Translations under genes and position numbers: made by a program
Notes under the pieces: model-generated
The model's database searches: none
What the model saw: only the letters and a program-made list of their open reading frames with translations
Told to the model about the DNA's origin: nothing
DNA from: Bdellovibrionales bacterium
Lineage (GTDB): Bacteria > Bdellovibrionota > Bdellovibrionia > Bdellovibrionales > JAGQZY01
NCBI GenBank assembly: GCA_964230645.1
Contig: CAXRHT010000002.1
Span: 672,001 to 736,000 of the forward strand
Direction: 5' to 3'
DNA: 64,000 bases
In this document: in pieces, positions 19,513 to 28,275 of the stretch
How the letters are laid out: every line of letters begins with the position of its first letter
Position numbering within the stretch: the stretch's first letter is position 1

Positions 19513-20660
19513 GGACAATTGCTTTTAAAAGGATGAGCCATGGGGAGATCACCTTGAAGTCCCCACTTGCAAGCAAGATAACCTTCAATGATTTCTGTTT
19601 CAGCAGCCCCTTGGGTGGAAGAAAACACAACGATCTCTGCAATCTGGCCACCGAACTGATGCACACCGATCCCGAAATTAGGTACTAAGCTTCCTAAGAC
19701 TTGCCGAGTGATATTAAGGTCATTCGTGAAGACCGTTCTTACCATTTCGAAGTTATTGTAAACCCAAGCCTGGGCGTTGCTGCCTGTGGTTGGGCCAGAG
19801 AGAGCATTACCATTCACTCCATAAAAAGCCGATTGACCCGCGTTACCGTCAAAACTCCACAGGCCTGTGTTTCGAGGATCCGGTGCCACATGCCCCACAC
19901 TGTAAAGTCCCCAGAGTTGTGCGAGATCTGAAGTTTGCTGGAGGACAGAGTCCATGCGGTAAATGATGTAGACCGTGCGAGCGGTATAGGAATGATTGTC
20001 ATCATAAAAATCATTGGTACCATCAAATTCGATCGAACCTTGATTGAGACCCAAATTAAGGCTTGGGATTTGAGAAGCGACATTCATTGTTGCATGAAAG
20101 TCATTGCCACTTTTATCCATCCAGCAACCGACAGGGTCTCCACCATTAATGGTAGGAGTTAAACAATTGGAGTCTTGAAACCAGGTAGAGTCATCAGCCC
20201 CATCGTGCCAGGCCGTAAGATTAGCAAACACTGTGGGATTAAATAAGACTTCAAGTGTTACATCAACAGAGTCAAAAGCCTCCCCGTCTGTTACCTGCAG
20301 GGTCAGGGTCGCTGAACCGTACTGATTCATTTTAGGAGAAAAGGTGGCTAAACAATTCGGAGCACTTCCTGAAAGCGTAAAATCCAACCCTTCAATTAAG
20401 CTCATATCATCTGAGGTCACAAGAACACTTGAGTTACAATTTAAAAGGTCTTCTTCGTCAGAAATTTGAAATGAAAAGCTATTAGCCGTAGAGTTGGCTT
20501 GAACGGATTGAGGGGCTACAGCACTGATGTCAGGAGCCGTATTCTCCTCAGGTGGATTAATGATACTTTCCTGTTCTCCCGACTGACTTTTTAAAGGTGT
20601 CAGTGGGTTGCAGGCTGAGATGATTAAATACAAAAATAGAAGCCCTAGGTACTTTCTCAT
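19509..20660 (-). CDS. Lipoprotein with cadherin/Ig-like and LamG-like domains
   Basis: ISAC lipobox; N.AP.I...G.A.LTL.VTDG; W.D..D...W.DKSGN; G.IAE.V.F...EGYLA.KWG. Confidence 0.75.
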   Translation of the reverse strand: MRKYLGLLFLYLIISACNPLTPLKSQSGEQESIINPPEENTAPDISAVAPQSVQANSTANSFSFQISDEEDLLNCNSSVLVTSDDMSLIEGLDFTLSGSAPNCLATFSPKMNQYGSATLTLQVTDGEAFDSVDVTLEVLFNPTVFANLTAWHDGADDSTWFQDSNCLTPTINGGDPVGCWMDKSGNDFHATMNVASQIPSLNLGLNQGSIEFDGTNDFYDDNHSYTARTVYIIYRMDSVLQQTSDLAQLWGLYSVGHVAPDPRNTGLWSFDGNAGQSAFYGVNGNALSGPTTGSNAQAWVYNNFEMVRTVFTNDLNITRQVLGSLVPNFGIGVHQFGGQIAEIVVFSSTQGAAETEIIEGYLACKWGLQGDLPMAHPFKSNCP

Positions 20661-21793
20661 AACCCTGCCTCATAGATCATATTAAACATCAAAATTCTCT
20701 GCTTAAAAGAAAAGAGGTCGGTCTCAAAAAATCCTTCACTGTATTGGATGCGTCCTTTCAGCTTGGATTCTTTACGATTGTGACCAAGCTCTACACCCAA
20801 CCCAAGCTCATAACCTCCCTCATAAACGGCATCACTTGAGATCACTGACTGGCCTTGAAGAAAGCCTGAAAGAAAAAGAGGTCCTTTTTCCATAAATCTT
20901 TGCTTCAATTCCAATTGAGGTTTAAAGGCTTGAGCCTTTTGAATGGAATAAATATCGTTCTCATCTTTTGAGTAGTAAACAGACTCTCCAAAACCCAATG
21001 TGCTTTTAAGAGTAAGAGAATTTAGTAATGAATACTCGATTCCTAGAAAAAGATTCCCTTGATTGAGTTTTAAATTTTCAGCGGTAGTGACGTCATCTCT
21101 AAAATTCGTGTAACTTTTGAAAATGATTTGGGCCTGGATAAAGCTCTTCCAACCAGGCGCCCAAAGTTGAATCCATTTAAGATCGAGTGCTGGCTGCAGC
21201 TCACTCACAAAAATTGTGGAACTATTTTTAGTTCCCTCAAGGGTATCAAAGACTCCCCCTAGTGAAACTGAGTACATGGAGCCTGGAGTGAAAGCTTCTT
21301 TCATGTCAACCGAACTGATTTCACGCTCTAGCCTCTCACTCGATGCCCTTTCTTCATGAGGTCGATAAGAATATAAAAAGTAATCCCCACGGTCTTTTTG
21401 AACGTAAGTGTTCACTCCGAAGTGAGGCGATTCCACCCGTAAAAGCTGATTACAGGCCAGTATTTTTTCAGTTGCAATGGAATCTTTGGTTTGCAGAACA
21501 ATTGGGATCTGCACAAACTCACCTTTTTCAAGTTCATTGATATCTTGAATTCCGCCGTTCATTTCCTTCACTAGATCAGTGAGCGTGTAGACAAAGGGAT
21601 CAGTGTAGCCAAAGTTCCTTAACACTTTTAGAAGCCAGTCTCCTTCTTGGATTTCATAGTTACAAGTGGTGGCTTTTAAACCCTCCTCGGCTACAACATG
21701 GGCCGGAACCAAATGGGCGAAAGAATTCGAACTCCCAAAGATAAGAGTCAAAAATGAAAAACCAACTAGAATGTTAATGCTCATTTTTGCCAT
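20657..21793 (-). CDS. LysM-like domain plus outer-membrane beta-barrel protein
   Basis: Y.IQEGDWL..V...N..I.D.N.L..G; alternating beta-strand C-terminal half; 4-bp overlap with the downstream lipoprotein. Confidence 0.65.
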   Translation of the reverse strand: MAKMSINILVGFSFLTLIFGSSNSFAHLVPAHVVAEEGLKATTCNYEIQEGDWLLKVLRNFGYTDPFVYTLTDLVKEMNGGIQDINELEKGEFVQIPIVLQTKDSIATEKILACNQLLRVESPHFGVNTYVQKDRGDYFLYSYRPHEERASSERLEREISSVDMKEAFTPGSMYSVSLGGVFDTLEGTKNSSTIFVSELQPALDLKWIQLWAPGWKSFIQAQIIFKSYTNFRDDVTTAENLKLNQGNLFLGIEYSLLNSLTLKSTLGFGESVYYSKDENDIYSIQKAQAFKPQLELKQRFMEKGPLFLSGFLQGQSVISSDAVYEGGYELGLGVELGHNRKESKLKGRIQYSEGFFETDLFSFKQRILMFNMIYEAGL

Positions 21794-21895
21794 ATATAGA
21801 TATCGGACAAAATTAAGAGATTATAAAGCAGCGTCCTAGCCCTAGACCCAGAGATCTCGACTAAAATCACCACCTAGTAGTTCAATTTTTGTTAT

Positions 21896-22963
21896 TTAAT
21901 CCTCACGGCCCTGAATTTGTGAAGGATTATCGGACTTTAAGTCCAAAAACTGACCGGGAATGAGTGATATGAAAGCTTCCTCACCTAGACCGGCATTCTT
22001 AACCTCTTGCTTTAAAAGCCTCGTGGGCTCATCAATTTCCTCGGCTGTGAGTTGGAAGGTGCCAAAGTGCATGCCCATTGATTTTTTTGATTTCAAATCC
22101 AGGTGAGCTTGTACAGCTTGTTTAGGATCTACATGCACGGGCCCCATAAATTCCCGAGGGGCATAGGCTCCGATGGGGATAAGAGATAAATCCATAGGGC
22201 CAAATTTCTCATAGGTTCTCAGGTAGTGACCGCCGTAGCCGCTATCGCCACCAAAGTAAATTTTCCTACCAATAAGCTCAATTACAAAACCTCCCCATAG
22301 CGTGGAATTTCTATCCCAGGGATAACGCCCGGAGAAATGTTGAACTTCCACAAAATGAATACGTAGATCCTTTGAGATTTCCACATTCTGCCACCAGTCA
22401 AGTTCGGTCACATAGGCTTTATCTTTAAAGCGACTCTTGACCCCAAGACCGACAAGAAATTTCGGCTGATCTCTTGTCTGAAGCTTTTCAATACTTGGCA
22501 AATCTAAATGGTCATAGTGATCATGACTAATAAGCACAATATCAATGGGGGGAAGGTCCTCAAACAACACACCTGGAGCGTGCACTCTTTTGGGCCCGGC
22601 AAAAGAAACGGGGCTACATCTTTTTGAATACTGTGGGTCAGTGAGAATATTAAATCCTCCGGCTTGAATCAAAAGGGTGGCGTGATTGATATAAGTCACC
22701 CTCACCTCACTCCCCTCAACTCTCTGGGGAGGTTTAGGCTGCTTTGGAAATTCCCTATGCTCAGGCCAACTTGCCCATTCAGTGGTGGCTCTCGTCTTTA
22801 AGAATTTCCATAAAGACTTACTTTCGATATTTTCAAAGTTATGAAATTGACCATTTTTAAAGTTCGGAGATTTTTTCATCTTTTGACTCGTTGGCACACA
22901 GGCCGGACTGCTAAATATTAAGCTGATTAACGCTAACAAATTCCATAAGACTTTTTTATTCAT
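21896..22963 (-). CDS. MBL-fold hydrolase (NAPE-PLD/RomA-like)
   Basis: SHDHYDHLD, H.SGR, GDSGY, PIGAY.P, MHFGTF. Confidence 0.92.
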   Translation of the reverse strand: MNKKVLWNLLALISLIFSSPACVPTSQKMKKSPNFKNGQFHNFENIESKSLWKFLKTRATTEWASWPEHREFPKQPKPPQRVEGSEVRVTYINHATLLIQAGGFNILTDPQYSKRCSPVSFAGPKRVHAPGVLFEDLPPIDIVLISHDHYDHLDLPSIEKLQTRDQPKFLVGLGVKSRFKDKAYVTELDWWQNVEISKDLRIHFVEVQHFSGRYPWDRNSTLWGGFVIELIGRKIYFGGDSGYGGHYLRTYEKFGPMDLSLIPIGAYAPREFMGPVHVDPKQAVQAHLDLKSKKSMGMHFGTFQLTAEEIDEPTRLLKQEVKNAGLGEEAFISLIPGQFLDLKSDNPSQIQGRED

Positions 22964-23088
22964 TTGGACACCTACAAAATAAGTCTAGAACTCAGTGGAA
23001 AAATAAGTCTAAGATAGATCGATTGAATAATCTATTTTTTCCTGCGCTTAAAGTCTAAATTAACATTTCTGAAAAAGATCTCTAAAGC

Positions 23089-23781
23089 CTAATCACCCGA
23101 GACCTTTTTAAAACTTTTAATTTCGCTAATAAAATGATCTCCATACTGACTCACCTTCTTGGGACCCACTCCTTTTATTTGTCGCAAATCGGCTTTTGTA
23201 AGGGGCATCTTTTCTGCCATTTCCTCAAGTGTACTGTTTTTAAATATCATATACACAGGTATTCCCTGCTTTGTAGCCAGGCGTTTACGGGTGCTCTTTA
23301 GCTCAATTAAAAGTTTCCCTTTTTGCTTAGGAGAGTTCGAAGTGACTTTTTTGGGTTCTTTTCTGATTTTCGTTAATAAGACACCACCATATTCCTTTTC
23401 GAGTACAATTTTTTGCCTTTTTAAGCTTGGATAGCGACCACTTTTTTCTTTCTTCCACTTAAGCCAAGCGTGGAAGTGCTCATGCTTCTCGTTGTTCATT
23501 AAACACAAATTGCTAATGTCGTTATCAGCTCTTGCGCCATTTATATGATGAACAACCTCATACTTTCTGAGTTTGCGTCCCAGTTTTTGCCTTGCTAAAT
23601 ACCGGTGCTCAAGCTCACCTGTGTCTGTTAGAACGACATAGCCTCTCGAATTGATTTTTCTATTAGAATGGGGCTTAAAAATCCATCGCAAGAGCTCTAA
23701 AGGAGCGGTCAAAATCCAAACTAAGACTTTTCCAACTAACCTCAGGAGAAATTTTTGTATTTTTCGTTCTAATCGACCCAT
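23089..23781 (-). CDS. HNH endonuclease-HRDC fusion with N-terminal hydrophobic helix
   Basis: EHR.LA...LGR.L...EVVHHING...DN...NL; C-terminal R..LA....IP.Y.IF...TL...GVGP.K...YG. Confidence 0.8.
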   Translation of the reverse strand: MGRLERKIQKFLLRLVGKVLVWILTAPLELLRWIFKPHSNRKINSRGYVVLTDTGELEHRYLARQKLGRKLRKYEVVHHINGARADNDISNLCLMNNEKHEHFHAWLKWKKEKSGRYPSLKRQKIVLEKEYGGVLLTKIRKEPKKVTSNSPKQKGKLLIELKSTRKRLATKQGIPVYMIFKNSTLEEMAEKMPLTKADLRQIKGVGPKKVSQYGDHFISEIKSFKKVSGD

Positions 23782-24045
23782 GATCATTTTTATCGGTGAT
23801 TCTATAATTTTTATTTAAATATTTAGAAAGATTCATCATTTTCTAATTTTGAGATATAAAAATCCTTTCACCAGGTTTGGAACTGAATCTAAAATGTCCC
23901 ATAATCAGACCAAGGCCTAAAGAGATTTGAGCTAGCAAGAGGCATTTAAATGTGTAGAAATAAAAATGAGCCAAGGTCCAAAAAGAAAAGATCGCTTTTT
24001 GATTGGAGAAAGTGAGGCTAAGCTAGTTGAAATTAGGAGATCTCT

Positions 24046-24855
24046 ATGAAAAATGGGTTTTTACTACTTTCCGTCTTATTCCCTTCCCTACTTTTTGCAC
24101 GCGGACCCTCTGGAGACAATTCCAATTGGCTTGGGATCTCGCAAGGAACCTCTTCACCCACAAGAACTTCTACTCTTAATTTCTCTAATGGCTTTATGCC
24201 TGAAAACCCGGTGGGAGTGATTTATCAACAAGGAGTCAGACTCACTGGAGAAGGTGACCATGGAGATGACAGCCAAGGTAATGATAACGCAGGCTTTGGA
24301 GGAGAGCTCGGTATTGGTGACGGCCAGTACGGTTTAGCTGTCGGCTATTACAATAGAGACTGTGAAAGCTGTGATGGAGACTTCGTTGGCGCCCTGGGGG
24401 TAAGTTTTGCTGATGTGGGTCTAGGGATTCGTTTTGCTGAAGAACTCTACTCCGCTGGACTTATCTTTAATACCCATGGCAAACACCGCTTTGGTCTTAT
24501 GGCTCAACTCAACGATCCCGATGGCGACGACAACAACATCAGCTCCTTTGGAGCCGGATACTCCTACAATGGAGATCGCATCACTTTTTCTGTGGATGCC
24601 GCAAAACGTAGCTTTGAAAATGACTCAGCCTTTGATGATACAATTTTGGTGACCCCCGGACTAGCCGTTCACTTCCAAATGCTTAGCTTTTCTCTATCCT
24701 ACGATCATTTTGTCGATGAGGACCCGAACGACCCCAATGGCCGCGGTGATGACCTTTGGTTTGGCGTGGGCTTTGGTGATAAAACCGATTGGTACGTGGC
24801 CATATATCACGACTACGTTAATGAGTGGTCAGTGAGTGCCTCCTTCTTTTTCTAG
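24046..24855 (+). CDS. Putative outer-membrane beta-barrel protein
   Basis: Signal peptide, Gly/aromatic alternating strands, C-terminal Phe; AGGAG RBS. Confidence 0.7.
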   Translation: MKNGFLLLSVLFPSLLFARGPSGDNSNWLGISQGTSSPTRTSTLNFSNGFMPENPVGVIYQQGVRLTGEGDHGDDSQGNDNAGFGGELGIGDGQYGLAVGYYNRDCESCDGDFVGALGVSFADVGLGIRFAEELYSAGLIFNTHGKHRFGLMAQLNDPDGDDNNISSFGAGYSYNGDRITFSVDAAKRSFENDSAFDDTILVTPGLAVHFQMLSFSLSYDHFVDEDPNDPNGRGDDLWFGVGFGDKTDWYVAIYHDYVNEWSVSASFFF

Positions 24856-25003
24856 CAAATGATGAAAGATCAATTCTTAAGCTTGGAAGATCTTTATCAA
24901 ATCAAGTAGTACAGAAAAATCGGCGAAACTTAAGGATCTCATAGCATCCATAAAACTTTTAGAAGTTCAGTGACTGATCTCTCAAACTCTGTAAAATGTA
25001 CCT

Positions 25004-25510
25004 ATGGTTAGCCAAAAAACTGTTTTAAAATACAGCGATCACCGCTGGATGGGCCTTTTCTTTATTGGTGCTGCACTGCTGGCTTATTTCCTTATGGATT
25101 CTCACCAATCACTTGTATTGAAGGCAGCTGTTGTTCTTGGGTGCGGCATCATTGGCTTACGCTTTGTAATTGTGAGATCACAGGATCGGTTGTGGCTTGA
25201 AGAAAATCAACTGTGTTATTCTCAGGTTCGAGGTAAAAAACGAAAAAGTGGCCAAGTCCCTATCGACAGCATAAAAGCTGTTCAGGTTGTATTTTCTGGT
25301 AATCGAAGTAGTGGTCAATCCTGGGTGAGACATAATTGTTTTGTTGTGACCACCGATGGAAAACGCATCAAATTACCCGATGGGATCAAATACTGTAGCT
25401 ACCAATCAAAAGATACGGATCTTAGCTTCCTAGTAGACCCTTTAAAAAAAATAAATCCGAACATATACTTAGAAATTGATGATAGCGCCGTAATGAGTCA
25501 ATCGAAATAG
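25004..25510 (+). CDS. Membrane protein, 2 TM plus PH-like domain
   Basis: Two hydrophobic helices followed by a beta-rich domain. Confidence 0.55.
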   Translation: MVSQKTVLKYSDHRWMGLFFIGAALLAYFLMDSHQSLVLKAAVVLGCGIIGLRFVIVRSQDRLWLEENQLCYSQVRGKKRKSGQVPIDSIKAVQVVFSGNRSSGQSWVRHNCFVVTTDGKRIKLPDGIKYCSYQSKDTDLSFLVDPLKKINPNIYLEIDDSAVMSQSK

Positions 25511-25521
25511 AAAGGATTACT

Positions 25522-25746
25522 TCAGTCTTGGCGGGAGCCTAGAGCTTGATCTTTTAAGGGATCCTTGGGGTGGCGAACGACGTTTTCGTTAATAAACTCT
25601 GAGTCTTCCTCAGACTGAGCTTTCGGAGAAACGGACACCTCTTTAATAAAAGAAGGTAATTCTGGGTGCTCAAGACTCATATGTTCTTTGGCCTCTGAGC
25701 GTTTCTCAAAAATCTCCTCACATTTTCCACACTGATAAGCTGTCAT
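25522..25746 (-). CDS. Small C2H2 zinc-finger protein
   Basis: YQCGKCEEIF......EHMSLEH; purine-rich RBS before ATG 25746. Confidence 0.7.
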   Translation of the reverse strand: MTAYQCGKCEEIFEKRSEAKEHMSLEHPELPSFIKEVSVSPKAQSEEDSEFINENVVRHPKDPLKDQALGSRQD

Positions 25747-25985
25747 TGATCCCTTCCTTTTGGAGTTACTGAGCTTTGCAATCACACACCCGGTTTGTAC
25801 CCTTTAACCTGGGTAGAAGAATTGATCCTTCTTTGTCATCTGATTGTAAAAAACTACAATTTTTAATCTTTTTAGCTGAATGCCCGTTAAATGAAGTGTC
25901 TCCTCGGCCCTAGAGACTGAAATCATTAGCCCATCCTGCTCCTATTTGATAAAACTAGAGAGTAACTACCCTAAGGAGAGTTTTT

Positions 25986-26591
25986 ATTCGATTAAAAAAG
26001 ACCCGCTCTGTTTCTATTACGCCTATTTTAATAATAAACGGTGCTGTTTTTATGATGTGGATGCTTGCCTCCCCTTCCACGGAGTTCATGAAAGAGCATT
26101 TCTTAGTGAGTTGGACCGCCCTGATGGACGGACGCTATTGGACTCTTCTGACCTCGGTCTTCTCTCACAATATGTTTTTTCATATTTTTCTAAATATGTT
26201 TGTTCTTTTAAGCTTTGGACCACCACTGGAAAGTCGCTTAGGCACGAGACGTTTTGTAATGTTTTATATCGTCGCTGGACTGATCTCCTCGTTTGCTCAT
26301 GCAGCGGTGTCTGAGTTTTTACTCGGCCAACCAGGGCTGCCAGCTCTAGGTGCTTCGGGCTCTATTGCTGGAGTCATCACTGTGTTTGCTTTTATTTTCC
26401 CTCGCGCTAAAATCCTGGTTATGGGGATTATTCCTGTCCCGGCACTCATGGGAGTTTTATTACTCATTGGTATTGATCTTTGGGGGTTAATGAGTCAAAT
26501 GCAAGGCTCAGGACTCCCCATCGGCCATGGGGCTCATTTGGGCGGAGCCTTCACGGGCGTTCTTTACTATGTTTGGCTGCGGATAAGGTAA
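25986..26591 (+). CDS. Rhomboid intramembrane serine protease (probable ATT start at 25986; first ATG at 26052)
   Basis: W.LLTS.FSH...H...NM, GASG, AHLGG motifs. Confidence 0.9.
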   Translation: MRLKKTRSVSITPILIINGAVFMMWMLASPSTEFMKEHFLVSWTALMDGRYWTLLTSVFSHNMFFHIFLNMFVLLSFGPPLESRLGTRRFVMFYIVAGLISSFAHAAVSEFLLGQPGLPALGASGSIAGVITVFAFIFPRAKILVMGIIPVPALMGVLLLIGIDLWGLMSQMQGSGLPIGHGAHLGGAFTGVLYYVWLRIR

Positions 26592-26600
26592 CGGAACATT

Positions 26601-27476
26601 ATGGCACACGATCACGATCATCCCACTGATAGTAAAGCCCTCTTTTGGGCCATCCTTGTAAATCTAGTATTAACAGTGGTTCAAGTGATTGGTGGTCTGC
26701 TTTCTGGAAGTTTATCCTTAGTCGCAGACGCTCTTCATAATCTTAGTGATGCGGGTGCTTTAGTTATCGCTTATATTGCTCAGAAAGTTTCAGGTCTTGA
26801 AGCTAATGAACAAATGACCTTTGGATACGGCCGAGCGCAAATCCTAGGAGCATTGATTAATAGCGTGACCCTAGTGGTTGTGGGAATTTATTTATTTTAC
26901 GAAGCTTGGACTCGTTTTAAGGACCCTCAACCCGTCGACGGTTGGCTTGTTATAGTGGTCGCATCCGTAGCACTTGTGGTCGATCTTTTCACCGCTTGGC
27001 TCACCCATGCCGGCTCAAAAGAGAATATTAATATGAGAGCCGCCTTTATCCACAATCTCTCTGATGCCATGGCCTCAGTGGCTGTCATTGTTTCTGGGAT
27101 TCTCATTCTCAATTTCAAAATATACTGGGTGGATCTTTTAGCCACAGTCCTTATCTCAGTCTATATTCTTTACCATTCGCTAGGACTGATAAACTCTTGT
27201 ATTCGGACTCTTATGCAAGCGGTTCCTGAAGGAATGGACCGCACCGAAGTCATAAATAAAATTAGAGAGGTTAAAGGAATACGAGACGTCCACCATGTGC
27301 ACATCTGGGCTGTGCATGAAAAGTTCATTTCTTTAGAGGCTCATATCGTAGTGGATCATATGACTTTAGAGGAAATTGAAGCCATAAAAGCAGAAACCAA
27401 GTTATTATTAAAAAAGGAATTCCACGTAAAGCACTCCACCCTTGAGTTTGAGCTTTTTGGTCTCAAAAACTGCTAA
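26601..27476 (+). CDS. CDF-family Zn/Co/Cd efflux transporter (CzcD/ZitB-like)
   Basis: SL.LVADALHNLSD, TFGYGR, N.RAAF.H.L.D, DVHH.HIW. Confidence 0.93.
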   Translation: MAHDHDHPTDSKALFWAILVNLVLTVVQVIGGLLSGSLSLVADALHNLSDAGALVIAYIAQKVSGLEANEQMTFGYGRAQILGALINSVTLVVVGIYLFYEAWTRFKDPQPVDGWLVIVVASVALVVDLFTAWLTHAGSKENINMRAAFIHNLSDAMASVAVIVSGILILNFKIYWVDLLATVLISVYILYHSLGLINSCIRTLMQAVPEGMDRTEVINKIREVKGIRDVHHVHIWAVHEKFISLEAHIVVDHMTLEEIEAIKAETKLLLKKEFHVKHSTLEFELFGLKNC

Positions 27477-27497
27477 TTCAAAATTTAGATTAATTTT

Positions 27498-27766
27498 CTT
27501 TCGTCCCTTCGTTTAATGTCGTCCCTGAAGGTTAAATGTTGTCCTGGCCTTTTAACGTCGTCCTATCCTTTTAACGTCGTCCTATCCTTCTAACGTCGTC
27601 CTATCCATTTAACGTCGTACTGATTGTTTAATGTCGTCCTGATTTTTTAATGTCGTCCTGAGCGTAGCGAAGGACCTTTGCCGAGGGCTGTGATTGATAA
27701 TGCGGGGCCAGTGGCGATAGATTCTTCGCTACGCTCAGAATGACAATGGGTACGCTTAGAATGACA
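27498..27766. repeat. Palindromic REP/MITE-like element (arms 27651-27677 and 27719-27745) with flanking 19-bp tandem array
   Basis: About 8 units of YGTCGTCCT-N-TTTAA left of the arm TGTCGTCCTGAGCGTAGCGAAGGACCT; one extra right-end unit at 27751-27766. Confidence 0.85.
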
Positions 27767-27884
27767 AAACGAAACACTACATCCAGTTTCGTCTTTTTAT
27801 TTCTGTAACGGTCATTTTTTTTAAAAGTTTTTTTGGAGTGGAAAGAGGCATTGATTTTATGCCTCTCTCAAATAGGATGGGAAT

Positions 27885-28157
27885 TTACTCGGCCGTTGTG
27901 CGGTCGATAACTCTGACGATTTTGGCAACATTGGTGCAAGGAAACTTTCCTTTTTCAGCATGCTCTTTCATTTGTTGCTCATTTTCTGCTACATATACAC
28001 AGAACACTTTATCGCCAGTGACATAGCTTTCAATCCAGTGAACAGGAGGATCCATATCTTTTGCAATTTCATTGGATCTTTGCGCCATTCCTTTGAAATC
28101 ACTTTCTGATAAGTCGCCTGCTCCTGATAAATCACGCTCGATGATAAACTTCGGCAT
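27885..28157 (-). CDS. DUF4242 (SCO4226-like) domain protein
   Basis: MPKF.IER...W.ESYV...K.FC.Y.A......EHA..G.FP; AAGGAG RBS. Confidence 0.88.
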   Translation of the reverse strand: MPKFIIERDLSGAGDLSESDFKGMAQRSNEIAKDMDPPVHWIESYVTGDKVFCVYVAENEQQMKEHAEKGKFPCTNVAKIVRVIDRTTAE

Positions 28158-28275
28158 TTCATTCTCCTTTTTGGTTGTGTTGGGAATTAATAATTTTCAT
28201 TAAGTTTATCGAGTTCCAAAAAACTTGGCTATGCTAGGAGCTTATTATTGACCAAAGTATAAACAAGGTTCGACC

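Noticed and set aside
25946..26314. 122-aa alternative-frame ORF and the many short antisense ORFs in the track
   Set aside because: They overlap well-supported genes and show no recognisable motifs
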